From Felis catus (taxonomy: Eukaryota), in the NCBI RefSeq assembly GCF_018350175.1, contig NC_058368.1, forward strand, positions 44,890,001 through 44,954,000: a DNA stretch of 64,000 nt, in the 5' to 3' direction. The position numbers and the translations under genes are program-made. Within the stretch, counting starts at the first letter, position 1, and each line of letters begins with the position of its first letter. The notes below the pieces were generated by a model. The model did no database searches, was not told where the DNA came from, and saw only the letters and a program-made list of their open reading frames with translations. This document shows positions 38,531 through 50,961 of the stretch, in pieces.

Positions 38531-39465
38531 GTCTAAAATTGCTAAAATTGACAAAATATGTACGGCATTTTAACAAATAAAAGACTTAACTTTCATCACC
38601 CCCCCCAAAAAAACAAAAACAAGTCTGATCCATCCAACAAAAGGCAGAAAATAAATTTTCAAAAATACAAAAATTCATGGCAAATAAAAAACACAAAATG
38701 GAATGTCAGGAATAATTTAAAAATTAATTTCAACAGCATAAGTTAGAACAGATATGGGTATAGACATGCACAGACCTAAACATAGGCATATATTTGCAAC
38801 TACATTCAAATCTCAGTTCATACCGAGACCAATATCTACACATACACAAGCCCATGCACTTAGCTGTGCACAATTACCGATAAATGTAGCTACTGAGACA
38901 CATCTAAAGCGAAAGGACATTAAAACGTTGAAATTACCAAAAGAGAAAAGCATTTATGAGGCAGATGCAGGCACTGTTAACATCAGACCAAAAATTTATT
39001 GTAATAACTATCAAGACAAAAAGGGATAGCTTATATTGATAAAATAGTCTGGAAGAACTCATAAACATGAAAACAGCTAAAATAATTTTAAATATATAAT
39101 CTCCAAATTTCTAGAAGTTCAAAAACATTAAGACAAGTCTACAAAGTGGGATATGTGAAAATATTTCCCCCAAAACTGATAAAAAGGAAGAAAAAAGAAT
39201 ATATAGGGCAGTTACATCATACCATTAGTGAGATTGATTTAAAAAATGTATAAAGAATGCTGTGCCCAACAAAATGACGTTTCTCATGCAGATTTGGAAT
39301 TTAATAAAAAATACTTTGTATTTTATAACAAATGTATTACACTAGACACGGGTTCTGATCATAGTGTAAAATCCCTGGAAAATAATAAGAAAATATAGTT
39401 AAAATGTTCCTCCTCTAAGAAAATTTTAAAATATAGTTTAAATAATTATTAAAGAAAGAAATCAT

Positions 39466-39688
39466 GGGGGCACCTGGGTGGCGCAGTCGGTTAAGCGTCC
39501 GACTTCAGCCAGGTCACGATCTCGCGGTCCGTGAGTTCGAGCCCCGCGTCAGGCTCTGGGCTGATGGCTCAGAGCCTGGAGCCTGTTTCTGATTCTGTGT
39601 CTCCCTCTCTCTCTGCCCCTCCCCCGTTCATTCTCTGTCTCTCTCTGTCCCAAAAATAAATAAACGTTGAAAAAAAATTAAAAAAAAA
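39466..39688 (+). mobile_element. Young SINEC_Fc-like Can-SINE
   Basis: Perfect TSD aaagaaagaaatcatgg; CpG-rich. Confidence 0.95.
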
Positions 39689-40972
39689 AAAGAAAGAAAT
39701 CATGGATTAAAATAAAAATGACTTAGAAATAAATAAAAAATACCAGTACTGAATATAGAATGCCTATATAATGAAGTAAAATGTTACACTGAGAAAAGTA
39801 TACAACTTTGTATGCATTTATTTTAAAAAGAATAATGATAATAAAGAATGAATATTAATTTAAGCTCTAATATTAAATAATTGGAAAAGAATAATAAAAT
39901 TAAAATCAAGTAGAAAAACAACTAATAAAGATTTAAATTTAAAAATTAAAAAAATGGAAGGCAGTATTTTAATAAGAACAGGAAAACAACTGGCAAATAT
40001 GATGAAGGAAAAGAAAAATAATGGAGAGGATAGAAATAGAAAACATGAGAGAAAAAGAGAATAAATGCTAGATGACAAATAGCAGTAAGAGGTATATATG
40101 ATTACTTTTTGTTTATTCATTTAATTAATAGAAGGTTATTATGAAATCATTGGGATAAATTTTAAAGTTTGATGAAATGCCTAATTTTTTAATAAAAGAT
40201 AAACTGGAACTAACTTAAAAGAAAACCTGATTAATCAAAGAAAAATTGAATAAAAAAACTTAGTCAAACATTTTACCTTATATGAACATTCTTACCCTAG
40301 ATAATTTGACTTATAACTTCTGCAAACATTTAATAACCCAGAGGTCAAATGCTATAAAATTGTTTTCATTCCAAAGCAGATATGTAAAATGTTTTACTTC
40401 ATTATGAGTCTAGTAGACTTGGATTCCAACAACAAAAAGGCAAAACAAGAAAAGGAAAGAATAAGCAAAATCTCACTTATGCAGCTATACATATGAAAAA
40501 ACACATATGCCAATCATGTTTTATCCCATATGATTTATTATTATTTATTTATATGATTTATCCTGAGAGCACTGACATTAGAGCTTTAGTTCAGCCAGGG
40601 TGGGAGACCTTATAACACCTGGCCATCTACTGAGATGTCAGAAAGTCATTATCTTAGGAGTAAGAACCACACAATAAGTAAAAGCTACTCTATGACCACC
40701 CCCACAAAGCATGAAATCACTCCTCAGTGATATCCTAGTGATACACTGCTCCTAGTGTACGGATCCAAAACAGGCTACTAGTATTTTTAAAATAACTGCT
40801 TGACAAAACAAAATTCAACACTTTTAAACGAAGATAACACAATGCACACTTCTTTTCACATAAGTATAATGTCCATTTTGTAATTAAAAATTACTAAACA
40901 CGTAATGAAAACAGAAAAATGTGGAAAAAAAGTACTCAGTAGAAAAAGACTCTAAAGTGACCCAGATGTTTA

Positions 40973-41093
40973 GGGGAGCCTGGGTGGCTCAGTTGGATGA
41001 GCGTCCCACTTTGGCTCAGGTCATGATCTCACGGCTCGGCTCATGAGTTCGAGCCCCGCGTTGGGCTCAAAAAAACATTAAAAAATAAATAAA
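40973..41093 (+). mobile_element. Internally deleted Can-SINE (head joined directly to A tail)
   Basis: TSD aaagtgacccagatgttt / aaaatggcccagatgttt. Confidence 0.9.
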
Positions 41094-41455
41094 TAAAATG
41101 GCCCAGATGTTTGGATAGTAGAGGAGGCCTTTAAAGAAGTTATTATTCCTATGTTCAAGGAATTAAAGGTCACATTATGGTCTTAATGCACGAAAAGAGC
41201 ATGAAAAGATTAGGGAAGTGGAATCTAACAGAAAAAAAAATTCTGTAACTGAAAAAGCACAATATTGAAAAAAAAGAAATGAACTGATGAGTAAAATAGC
41301 CAGTTGGAACTGGGAGAAGAAACAGAATAAAAAAAGGAAAACAAAATTGAAAAATAAGTAGAGCCTTAATGATATGTAGGAAAATAGTAAAAGTGCTACC
41401 GTACTATAATTGGAGTCTTAGGCAAAGTGAGAGAAATAGAACAGAGAAAACATTT

Positions 41456-41677
41456 TTTTTTAATTTTTTTTCAACGTTTATTTTATTTTTTTGGGACAGA
41501 GAGAGACAGAGCATGAACGGGGGAGGGGCAGAGAGAGAGGGAGACAGAGAATCGGAAACAGGCTCCAGGCTCTGAGCCATCAGCCCAGAGCCCGACGCGG
41601 GGCTCGAACTCACTGACCGCGAGATCTTGACCTGGCTGAAGTTGGACGCTTAACCGACTGCGCCACCCAGGCGCCCC
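41456..41677 (-). mobile_element. Young SINEC_Fc-like Can-SINE
   Basis: Perfect TSD gaacagagaaaacattt. Confidence 0.95.
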
Positions 41678-44486
41678 GAACAGAGAAAACATTTAAAGAA
41701 ATGGTGGTTTAAAATGTTTCCAAATTGATGTATACTGTAGTGTACAGATCCAAAAAGTCACAGTGAACTCCAAGTAGGATAAATACTAAATAAACCCCGA
41801 ACCAACTACAAAAAGACTGATTATTCAACAAATGATCTTGGGACAAACTGTTTGCATTAAAAATAACTTAGGTCACAACCTGATATCATAAACATGTCAA
41901 AATGCTAAACAAAAAGGCAATTATATTAAAGTGGGGGGGCGCATACTTTTATATAATTTGAATGGGATGCATTCTTAAGCAAGCTGCAAATTCCAGATTT
42001 CTTAAAGGAAAAAAGGACCACAAAAATATTTAAACTATCTTTATGAGAAAAATATCATAAACACATTTAAGTACTAGCCACACACTCAGAGAAACTATTT
42101 AGCTTATAAACAAACAAAATATTAATACCTAGGTTTTCAAAGCACTTTTAAAAAACAATAATAAAAAATACAAACAGAAAAATAGAAAAAAAGATATTTT
42201 CATTTGATTCAGAAGAGAAAGCACAAATGGAAAATAATTATATTAAAATAAGGTGAAACGTAAATAGCAATTATGGACACACAAATTATATGTACATATT
42301 TTTGCCCATAATACTGGAAACATTTTAAAATACTGACAATCAAGTAATATGCAACCTTTGTGTTGAAGCATGATAAGAACATTTCTTAATAAATAAGCCA
42401 CTTAATAAAATTTCAAGGGAAAAAATAAGAGTCAGAGAAATGGATGCTATGTTCAGATATGAGGAAGCAATCAAAGGCACTAAGGTACCTATAGAGGCAT
42501 GTTGAGAGTAGAGGCAGAAAATGATTTGAATGAAATATTAAAGAGATTAGAATTTATCTTTTAAGCTGCATCTAATGTGGTGTGTTTCATGTAATACTTT
42601 TATGGTGATATCTAAATAGAGATGATCAGTTTGAAAAATACCATTCTCTGCCTCACTTTAGAGGTTCCTGTTACACTTGAAGATAACAAAGGATATGCAA
42701 AGAAATAAAATGAGCTTAATTTTGTTTAGCTTTGTTTTCTCAAATACATTTATCATTGAGACAATATGTGAGTTTTTAAAAATATTTATTTCTCAGAGAG
42801 TAGCACAAGAGGATAACCCCTGTTAATATCTCACAGAACTTGTACACCACAGAACACTTTGGAAAGAGCTGTTTTAAGCATTTAACCATTTAGAAGCATC
42901 AGAGTGACATAACTAGATACATGGATTGGAAGGAAGAAAGACTTCAGACAAAGATATATATTGGGAGGCTTCTATAGTAATCAAGGGAGATGATACAGAC
43001 CTGGACCAGATCAGACTGAATATAGGAAGTGTTAAGAGAATGAGCATGGTTTCACAAGATATAGTAGAGATAAAATCTACAAAACCTGGAAGTCAATACA
43101 TATATTTGGATAAACTCATTTTTAGATATTAAATCATATACAATAGTCTTTATACATGGTTACTATATATGATAAATATATTTATTGTATATGATAGATT
43201 CATACTGATTATAACTTTTATGTGGGACCTACCTTTCAGGCCAACTAATGACCAATATGTGGTATATGTGAGAGTTTTACATGGTTATTCTAAATAGAAA
43301 TTTATTAGTCAATGACTAGTTAATGGAAATAGGAAACCAGCAGTGAGAGGCTAGAAATAGAGCTCAAGTTTGGAAAAGATGAAACTATCAACTACTGTAT
43401 AGAGTTAATAGGTAGGAAACTGTAGGATCAGGTAATAAATACTCACATGATAGATGACAACAATGAACAACATAAAAATATTTGACTAATAATCCAGAAG
43501 CTAATCTATGCACCACTAATGTATTCAAAATTATGGTGCTTTTAGTTTCATGCCGGCCTTTTCTCTGGTCATAGAAAAGCTCATTGAGGGTTACATCTTT
43601 GCTGTATATAGTAACTGTGTTCTCACTTGAAGATATTACAAGTACTAGTTTTTTATCTTGCCTTCCTCACTTACTAGTTCACTTTTCCCTCTTTGTATTA
43701 TTCACTTTGCTGGTGATTTAATGCAATTAATAACTTTAATATTATCAACATATTTCTGTATCATATTTCTACCAGGACCTTATATGACATTCAAAAGTTA
43801 TCCCATGGTTCTTAAAGGCAAAATGTCTTACCATTAAATATGCTCTTGTTAAAATGTTATTATTGTTTTACCACTTTTTATTATCCCCAAATAATTTGAT
43901 TATCATAAAATAAAATGTTATGCTGGGTAAACAAATTAAGAGTTACTGCACTAGCTGAAAAACTACTAGTTGAAGAAATACTAAATTAGTATAATCACTT
44001 TGATAATTATAACTAAAATTTGCTACAAATACACTTTATTTTATTACTTTTGTGGAGATATATGTAACTCCATAAAGACTCCAACTATTTTCAATTAAGA
44101 GGAAATCCAGTTAATTCAATGTCTTACTTAGAAAATAATCTCCTGTTGTGCAGGTTGTTAGAGTGTTAATGTGATTGCAAAAGTCCTTGAAATTAAGAGC
44201 TATATCTATGCCTTCACATACCAGCAGTATATCTTCTTTAACGAGTTGCAAAACTATTTATTAGATCAGTATATACTGCCCTGTGTATATTTTCAATATT
44301 TTTTGAGAAAATAAATCTAGAAAAATTATTTTTACACACAAGTTTACTAGGTAACTACAGCTAAAAATTCATTCCTTTTTTACAGAAATGCCAAAGAAAA
44401 CACTGTCTATGTCTACATTATGAAAAAATGTACATGCCTTTTCTCCAGAATAATGCAAAATGCTAATGCACATACACACAAACTTA

Positions 44487-44827
44487 CAGTTGACCCTTGA
44501 CAACATAGGCTGGGGGCACTGACCACCTGCTTCGTCCCCACCCCTTTGCAGTAGAAAATCCACATAAAACTTTTGAGTTTCCTAAAAGTTAACTGCTGAT
44601 AGACCATTGGTTACCAGAAGCCTTACTGAAGACATAAATAATTAACACATATTTTGTACGTTACATGTATTACAATCTGTGTTGTTACAGTAAGGTGTGC
44701 TACATTAAAGAAAATGTTATTAAGGAAAATATAATACATTTATAGGACTGAATTGTATTTATCTAAAAAGAAGTTGTATATAAATGGACTTGTGCAGTTC
44801 AGACCCATGTTGTTCAAAGGTCAGATG
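44487..44827. mobile_element. Tigger2a-like TcMar non-autonomous DNA transposon
   Basis: TIRs cagttgacccttga.caac / gttgttcaaaggtcagatg, with TA on both sides. Confidence 0.85.
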
Positions 44828-44864
44828 TAATTGTGAAAAATGGCTTTAAAACAAGTATATAAGC

Positions 44865-45005
44865 ATATGATCATATACATATGTATATAGATATATGTAT
44901 ATACATCTATATAGATGTATATAGATTTATCTGTTATAGATAGATCTATAGATATATCTGTTTAAATGTATACAGATATGTATATAGATATTATCTGTTT
45001 ATCTG
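44865..45005. repeat. Degenerate TATAGA/TATCT low-complexity repeat
   Basis: Recurring atgtatatagat and ttatctgtt units. Confidence 0.8.
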
Positions 45006-45395
45006 ATGTTTACTAAACAGACTTAAAGAAAAATAAATATTTATTTCCAAAATAAATAACCAAAATAATTTAGAAGGACAGTTTCTAAAGAGAATTAGAG
45101 AATTTTCATGATCAATAATAAAAAAATATTATTTTACTAAAGGTAAATTTACTAAAATTAACATTTCTCTGTTTAAAATATTCAAAAAACAATTAATTTT
45201 AGATACATTTACCCGCTATTACTCATATACAACAAAAACAATTTATGCACTTTAGTGACTAAAACTAATATTTTGCTTATTTTAATTTGATTAAAGAATT
45301 TTAAATTTTACATAAAAATATATACCTGAGAATAGCAACAAAAATCATACAAAAGAAAAATAGTTAATGCCTTTTTGGTATCAGAATATACTCTT

Positions 45396-45617
45396 TTTAA
45401 AAAAATTTTTTTTTAACATTTATTTATTTTTGGGACAGAGAGAGACAGAGCATGAACTGGGGAGGGGCAGAGAGAGAGGGAGACACAGAATCGGAAGCAG
45501 GCTCCAGGCTCCAAGCCATCAGCCCAGAGCCTGATGCGGGGCTCGAACTCACGGACCGTGAGATCGTGACCTGGCTGAAGTCGGACGCTTAACCGACTGA
45601 GACACCCAGGCGCCCCC
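45396..45617 (-). mobile_element. Young SINEC_Fc-like Can-SINE
   Basis: Perfect TSD tatcagaatatactctt. Confidence 0.95.
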
Positions 45618-46264
45618 ATATCAGAATATACTCTTAAGCCATTACAATTAGATCAATATAGTATTGATATAGGTTATTAAAAATAAGAAAAGCTCATAAA
45701 AATATGCCAGTTATTACTAATACATTAGAAAATTGAGAAATGGAAGGATTATATATTAAATATCTCAGGAACAAACAACTAATCACTGGGAAGACATAAA
45801 GAAAGGTACACATTTTACATTGTATATTGTAATAGATTCTTGATGAGTTAAATTTAAAGAAAAGAAGCATACTTGAGAAAATTGAGAAAAGTACATCAGC
45901 AATTTAGGTTTTGAGAAATCTTCTTCAACTGAAAACACAAAGAGGAAGAGAATCTCTATGTATTGATAGATCCCGTGCATATATTTTAAGCATTGTAGGA
46001 CATTAGCCGAACTGTTTTCAAAGCAGAAATATTGGCATTGCTGCCTTGGCAATTGGTGTAAAAAATTGAAAGAAATTGTAACATATCACAATTATATAGA
46101 GAAGATAGAAAAGGCAATTCAAAGATAGAATTGTGGCAGAGGTATGTTAACTGTTCTTTCTTTGAACATGTGTACTATAGTTATATTTGAAAGTTAAAAC
46201 AAGTTTAAAGTCAAACATCCTATGACTGACAGTGTTGAAAATTTTTATGAAGATTATTGTGAAA

Positions 46265-47190
46265 GGCTTTCCAGATATCCCACACCCAGTTCTCCCTATT
46301 GATTATATCTTTCATTATTATGATAACATTAATTATAATTAATGAGCCAGTAGTGATACATTAATACTAAACTCTATACCTATTTAGTTTGTACCTAATC
46401 TCTTTTTTCTGTTCCAGGATCCCATCCAGTATACCACACCACATTTAGTCTATATGTCTCTTCAGGCTCCTGTTGGTCATGACAGGGTTTTAGACTTTTC
46501 TTGTTCTTGATAACCTTAACAGTTTTGAGGAGTACTTCTACGGTATTTTGGGAAACGCTCAATATTGGAATCTGGCTGGTCCTTTGCTCATGGATAGACT
46601 GGGATTATCACATTTGGGGAGAAGATCACTGAGGTAAAGTAACATTTTAAGAACATACTGACGATATGACATTACTCCTTTTTTTTTAATTTAAATTCAA
46701 GTTAGTTAACATACAATATAATGATAATTTCAGGAGTAGAATTTAGTGATTCATCACTTACATATAACACCCAGTGTTCATCCCGACAAGTGCCCTCGTA
46801 ATGCCCATCACGCATTTAGCATATCGCCTCATCACCCTCCCCCTCAGCAACCCTCAGTTTGTTCTCTGTATTTAAGAGTCTCCTATGGTTTGCCTCCCTC
46901 TCTGTTTTTATCATATTTTTGCTTCCCTTCCCCTGCGTTCATCTGTTTTGCTTCTTAAATTCTACATACGGGTGAATCATATATTTCTCTTTCTCTGACT
47001 GACTTATTTCCCTTAGCATAATACACTCTACCTCCATCCACATTGTTGCAAATGGCAAGATTTCATTCTTTTTGATCACTGAGTAATATTCCATGGCATG
47101 CCATTACTCTTGATGTCAACCTGGACTACTTGGCTAAGGTATCATTTGACAGGTTCCTTGATTGTAAAGTTACATTTTATTTCTCCCTGA
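46265..47190 (-). mobile_element. Ancient L1M (MC/MD-type) 3' region, split by the younger L1
   Basis: ttccaggatcccatccagtataccacac..cagttttgaggagtact motifs; similar sequence resumes after the nested L1. Confidence 0.55.
46681..47097 (-). mobile_element. 5'-truncated carnivore LINE-1 3' end, nested in an older L1M
   Basis: T-rich tail followed by antisense L1 3'UTR (ttgcaaatggcaagatttcattcttt). TSD atgacattactcctt / atgccattactctt. Confidence 0.85.
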
Positions 47191-47548
47191 TGATTTAATT
47201 TTTATTTTGGTTAGCCATTGTGCTTATATTTACAAAAGTAGGTAGATACCAAAAATAAAACTACCATTTTGATACAGTCTGTTTCTCCTCTTGTTGGAGA
47301 AAGGGGAAGTGTGGCAAGACCATTTGCTTTATTATCCCTTTAGCTTTACTGTCCTCTGCAAGTGGATCTCTTCACTGTTAGCTTTCAATGACAGGACAAT
47401 ATTGTCTGTCATTGATAAATGAATAAGCCATTATTATATTTATATGCACATTTATCACTTTCAGTAGTTTAAAGGAAACACTCATGTGTAAAACCATTTA
47501 GGAATATGTGGTAGCTCCATAGCTCTTCTCTCAAGGATTAATTTGATA

Positions 47549-47781
47549 GGGGCACCTGGGTGGCTCAGTTGGTTAATCCAACTCTTGGTTTTGGCCCAGG
47601 TCATGATCTCATGGTTTGTGGGATCAAGTCACTGCACAAACAGCGTGCAGCCAGCTTGGGATTCTTCTCTTCCTGTCTTTCTGCCCCTTCCCCACTTATG
47701 CGCGCTCTCTCTCTCTCTCTCTCTCCCTCTCTCTCTCTCTCTCTTTCTCTCTCAAAATAAATAAATGAACACTAAAAAAAG
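47549..47781 (+). mobile_element. Can-SINE
   Basis: Head, long (CT)n, tail. Confidence 0.9.
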
Positions 47782-50684
47782 AATAAGTCCAAATTTTATT
47801 TCAAAAAAGGGACAGGTAATAAAGACTTTGGGGATGCTTAGACCTTTAGTAAGCCAACCAGTTGCATTATATTAAAAAATAAAGAATTTGGTTTCACAAT
47901 CCAACCTTTAAGCATAACCACGTATAGACATTAAATATTTGAAAATGTGTCTCACTTCAATTAATCTTTTTCATCTTTGTTACCCTGCTTCTCCTTACTT
48001 GTCTCAAGGCACACTATTCTTTAAACTCCTTGACCTCCATTCACCAAGAGATAACCTCAGCTATTTTTCTAGAATATTCACTCTTCTTTTTAAACATTAG
48101 CAAGACTTTGTCATTATAAATAATTCATATGTGATGGTAAAGGCAAAGAGAAAGATATTTGTTCAAAAATCTAGAGGTAGGGTAGAAAATTTAGGGTAAT
48201 TTTCAACTTCAGAATGTAGTTAGCTTTTCCTCCCTTTGCCTCCAATTATATGAAAGAAATAACAAATTTAGGATCAGAAGAAGAAAGGCAAAAACCAATA
48301 GTAATAAGCTTAAAACCCAAAGAAACCTATGATGCCTATTCCTTTAGTACTTTCTTCTCTTCCTAGTAGCAGAGAGGAGCAGGAGAGAGACGATAGGATG
48401 TCTTTCATGATAAGATACACAGTGACACTTAGACTTGCTAAATTTGAAGGAGGGGTAGTGGAAAAAGAAAAACAAGAGAGACAGAGACTTCAGAATAAAG
48501 TTCTTAAAATGCAGGTTCTTTGGGGGTGGTTGTGAGTAGAGGGAAGAACAAGAAGAAAGGAGAGGGCACTCAGGGCACTGTCATCCAGCCTATCAAACTT
48601 CCACAGACTGGCAACCTGATAAATTGGTAGTAAGGTGCAAGTTAAAAAACAAACAAACAAACAAACAAACACACACACAAACAAAAAGTAATGGTCATAG
48701 GATTACTAAACCTAGTCATCTAATATGTGTAGTTTAGATTCATGACTACAAACTTTGAATAGAATTAATCACTTTTCAAGATTGCATGCACATATTCAGT
48801 TCAGTGTCCAGAAAAAGAATTGATATAGGGAGGGAAATTGTCCTTCCCCTGCTCAATGGCAGGCAATGGGAGCCTGTTCAAGGTGAGCTAAGGGGCAGAG
48901 AGAGCACCTACTTTAAGATGCCAGTGTAAATAGAGGGAAGATTAGGCTAACATCTGAGGAGAGTTACAAACTTCAAAGGATTAAGAGGTAAGGAGTCCTC
49001 TTATACTCCTTGAAAGTGGTCATTGAAGGTTATGAATGTGTCAGGATCAGTGTCCCATGATTATTTCCAAAGCCAACATGACATTCTTCAGGTTGGGTTA
49101 AGTCAATAAACATTCCTTTCAGAACACTGGGCTAAATGCTTTGTATACCAAGATGAAAACACATTTTTAGCTTCTCACCATTCCTGAAATTGTTATTATT
49201 CCAGATAAAGTTATACTTCATTCACAAAAAAAAACCAAAAAACCAACTTACCATTAATTCAATTATTATTTCTTGAAATTATATTTAAATGTCTTTTGGT
49301 TACAGAAGAATATGCATTCCTAGAGCTTACAATCTACTGAGGGTAAATAGTCACTAAAGAAAGAAAAATTATAGCATTGGGGAAAGTATGGGCTAAGGTA
49401 CAAAAGAATGGAAGAAGGGGTATAAAATGAAACATCTGAGGAGAGGTTTATCACAATTTTGGCATCATACATTTTGTAGTTAAATATTCCCTCAATGACT
49501 AAATGTGTTTTTCTTGGTCAAAAATGAGTTCAAATAAATATTTTAAATACATATGATGAATTTACTAGGCCAGTTAATATGCAGTTAAAATAAACATTTT
49601 CATCATACTTTGTGAGCATTTATCTTAGTTGAAGAAAATTTGAGGACCAAAATGGAAAACTGTTGACATGGATAAGGATTAATCTAAAGTTCATAACAGG
49701 AAATTATTTTTGGCAGTTATTCCTAATGCAGCTTTGATTTCATGGCTATAATAAATTTTACTTTCAGTTACTTAATAGGCATAAATATTCCTTCAAGCAT
49801 CATGTATAATCATCTTCAAGATGCCCATTATTTTCCATTAGACTTTAAATGCAATTTTAACCTGGATAAATAAGAATTTATTTGTGCACTAATATTCTTC
49901 AAGGTTAAACATTAAATCAAATTAAATCACGTATAGCCGCATTAATAACTTCTTAAATGGCTCCCTCCACTCACTCTTGTGAATTATCAAGAATTTATTG
50001 GTCTCCACTGAATTTTTTACATCAAAATTCTGCAGAAAAGTTAAGATGAGTGTGGGCAATTCCCAGTCTTAAATGTAATTCTAATTGTGCAACTTCAAAT
50101 ATCTATAAAACAAGCTGCCACTAGGTATGGAGCCAATATATTGCTTACCTTAAAAGTTAAAAAAACAGAATAATATTTTGCATTAATAACATGAAATTTG
50201 AGAGTCAGCTTTGATTTAACGTAACTCAGAATTAAGTAAGAACTAAATATTCAGAGACCCATATTTTTCTTAAATGTGTAAATAAAATAAAGTTCAGTAA
50301 TAGATGTCTGTTGAGTCTTGTGGTAAGTCACATCTAAGATGTGGTCTATAATGCCTTGAGAATCAGGATAATCTTCAAGAAAATGGTCAGCCTTGAATTA
50401 AGACTCAAAAAATGTGTAAGTGTGTTGTAGAAGAGATGGGAAGATGGGCTATTGCTGAGAGGAATACCTATAAGCAGAGACAAAGACATATTAATAACAT
50501 GAACTTTTGAAAGAGAAATCATTATTAAATTGACATATGGAAAAACAGCAACAGGTGATAAGATCTGAGAGATACGCAGGGTTGGGATCATGAAACGTTT
50601 TGCTTGCATCTTAGTTAATCTGTGGGTAATTGGAGCCATTCAAGGATTTAATGCTCTCAACCTTCACTTAAAAATCATGCCCCG

Positions 50685-50961
50685 CCCCCACTGCTATCTG
50701 AGGGTACAGCACTTCTATGAAACCCTTTGTAAGCTAAAATGGAAGAAAGTGGAGTATTTCCCTACTTTCTGAAAGTTGCCTGTAGGATATTTTGCTTTTA
50801 TGAAAGACCTGCCTTAGTACCTGTTTTCACTAACCAAAAGAAATCCAAAAAGGATTTTTAATTTTTTATGAAGAAAGCCATTACCCTACTAATGTACTTA
50901 CTGTATTTCCTAAAAGTGAAGTAGCATTAACGTGAACTTTCGGAAAGCAGGGGATATCTGT
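50685..50961. mobile_element. Rearranged Tigger-like MITE with internal inverted repeat
   Basis: Ends aactttcggaaagcaggggatatctg; an inverted copy of this end (tccctactttctgaaagtt) lies at about 50755-50820. Confidence 0.55.

Larger units (their letters stand above)
38540..42350 (+). mobile_element. Highly diverged L1M remnants hosting several SINEs
   Basis: A-rich, L1 ORF1/ORF2-like motifs (ttattcaacaaatgatcttgggacaaactg). Boundaries approximate. Confidence 0.45.
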
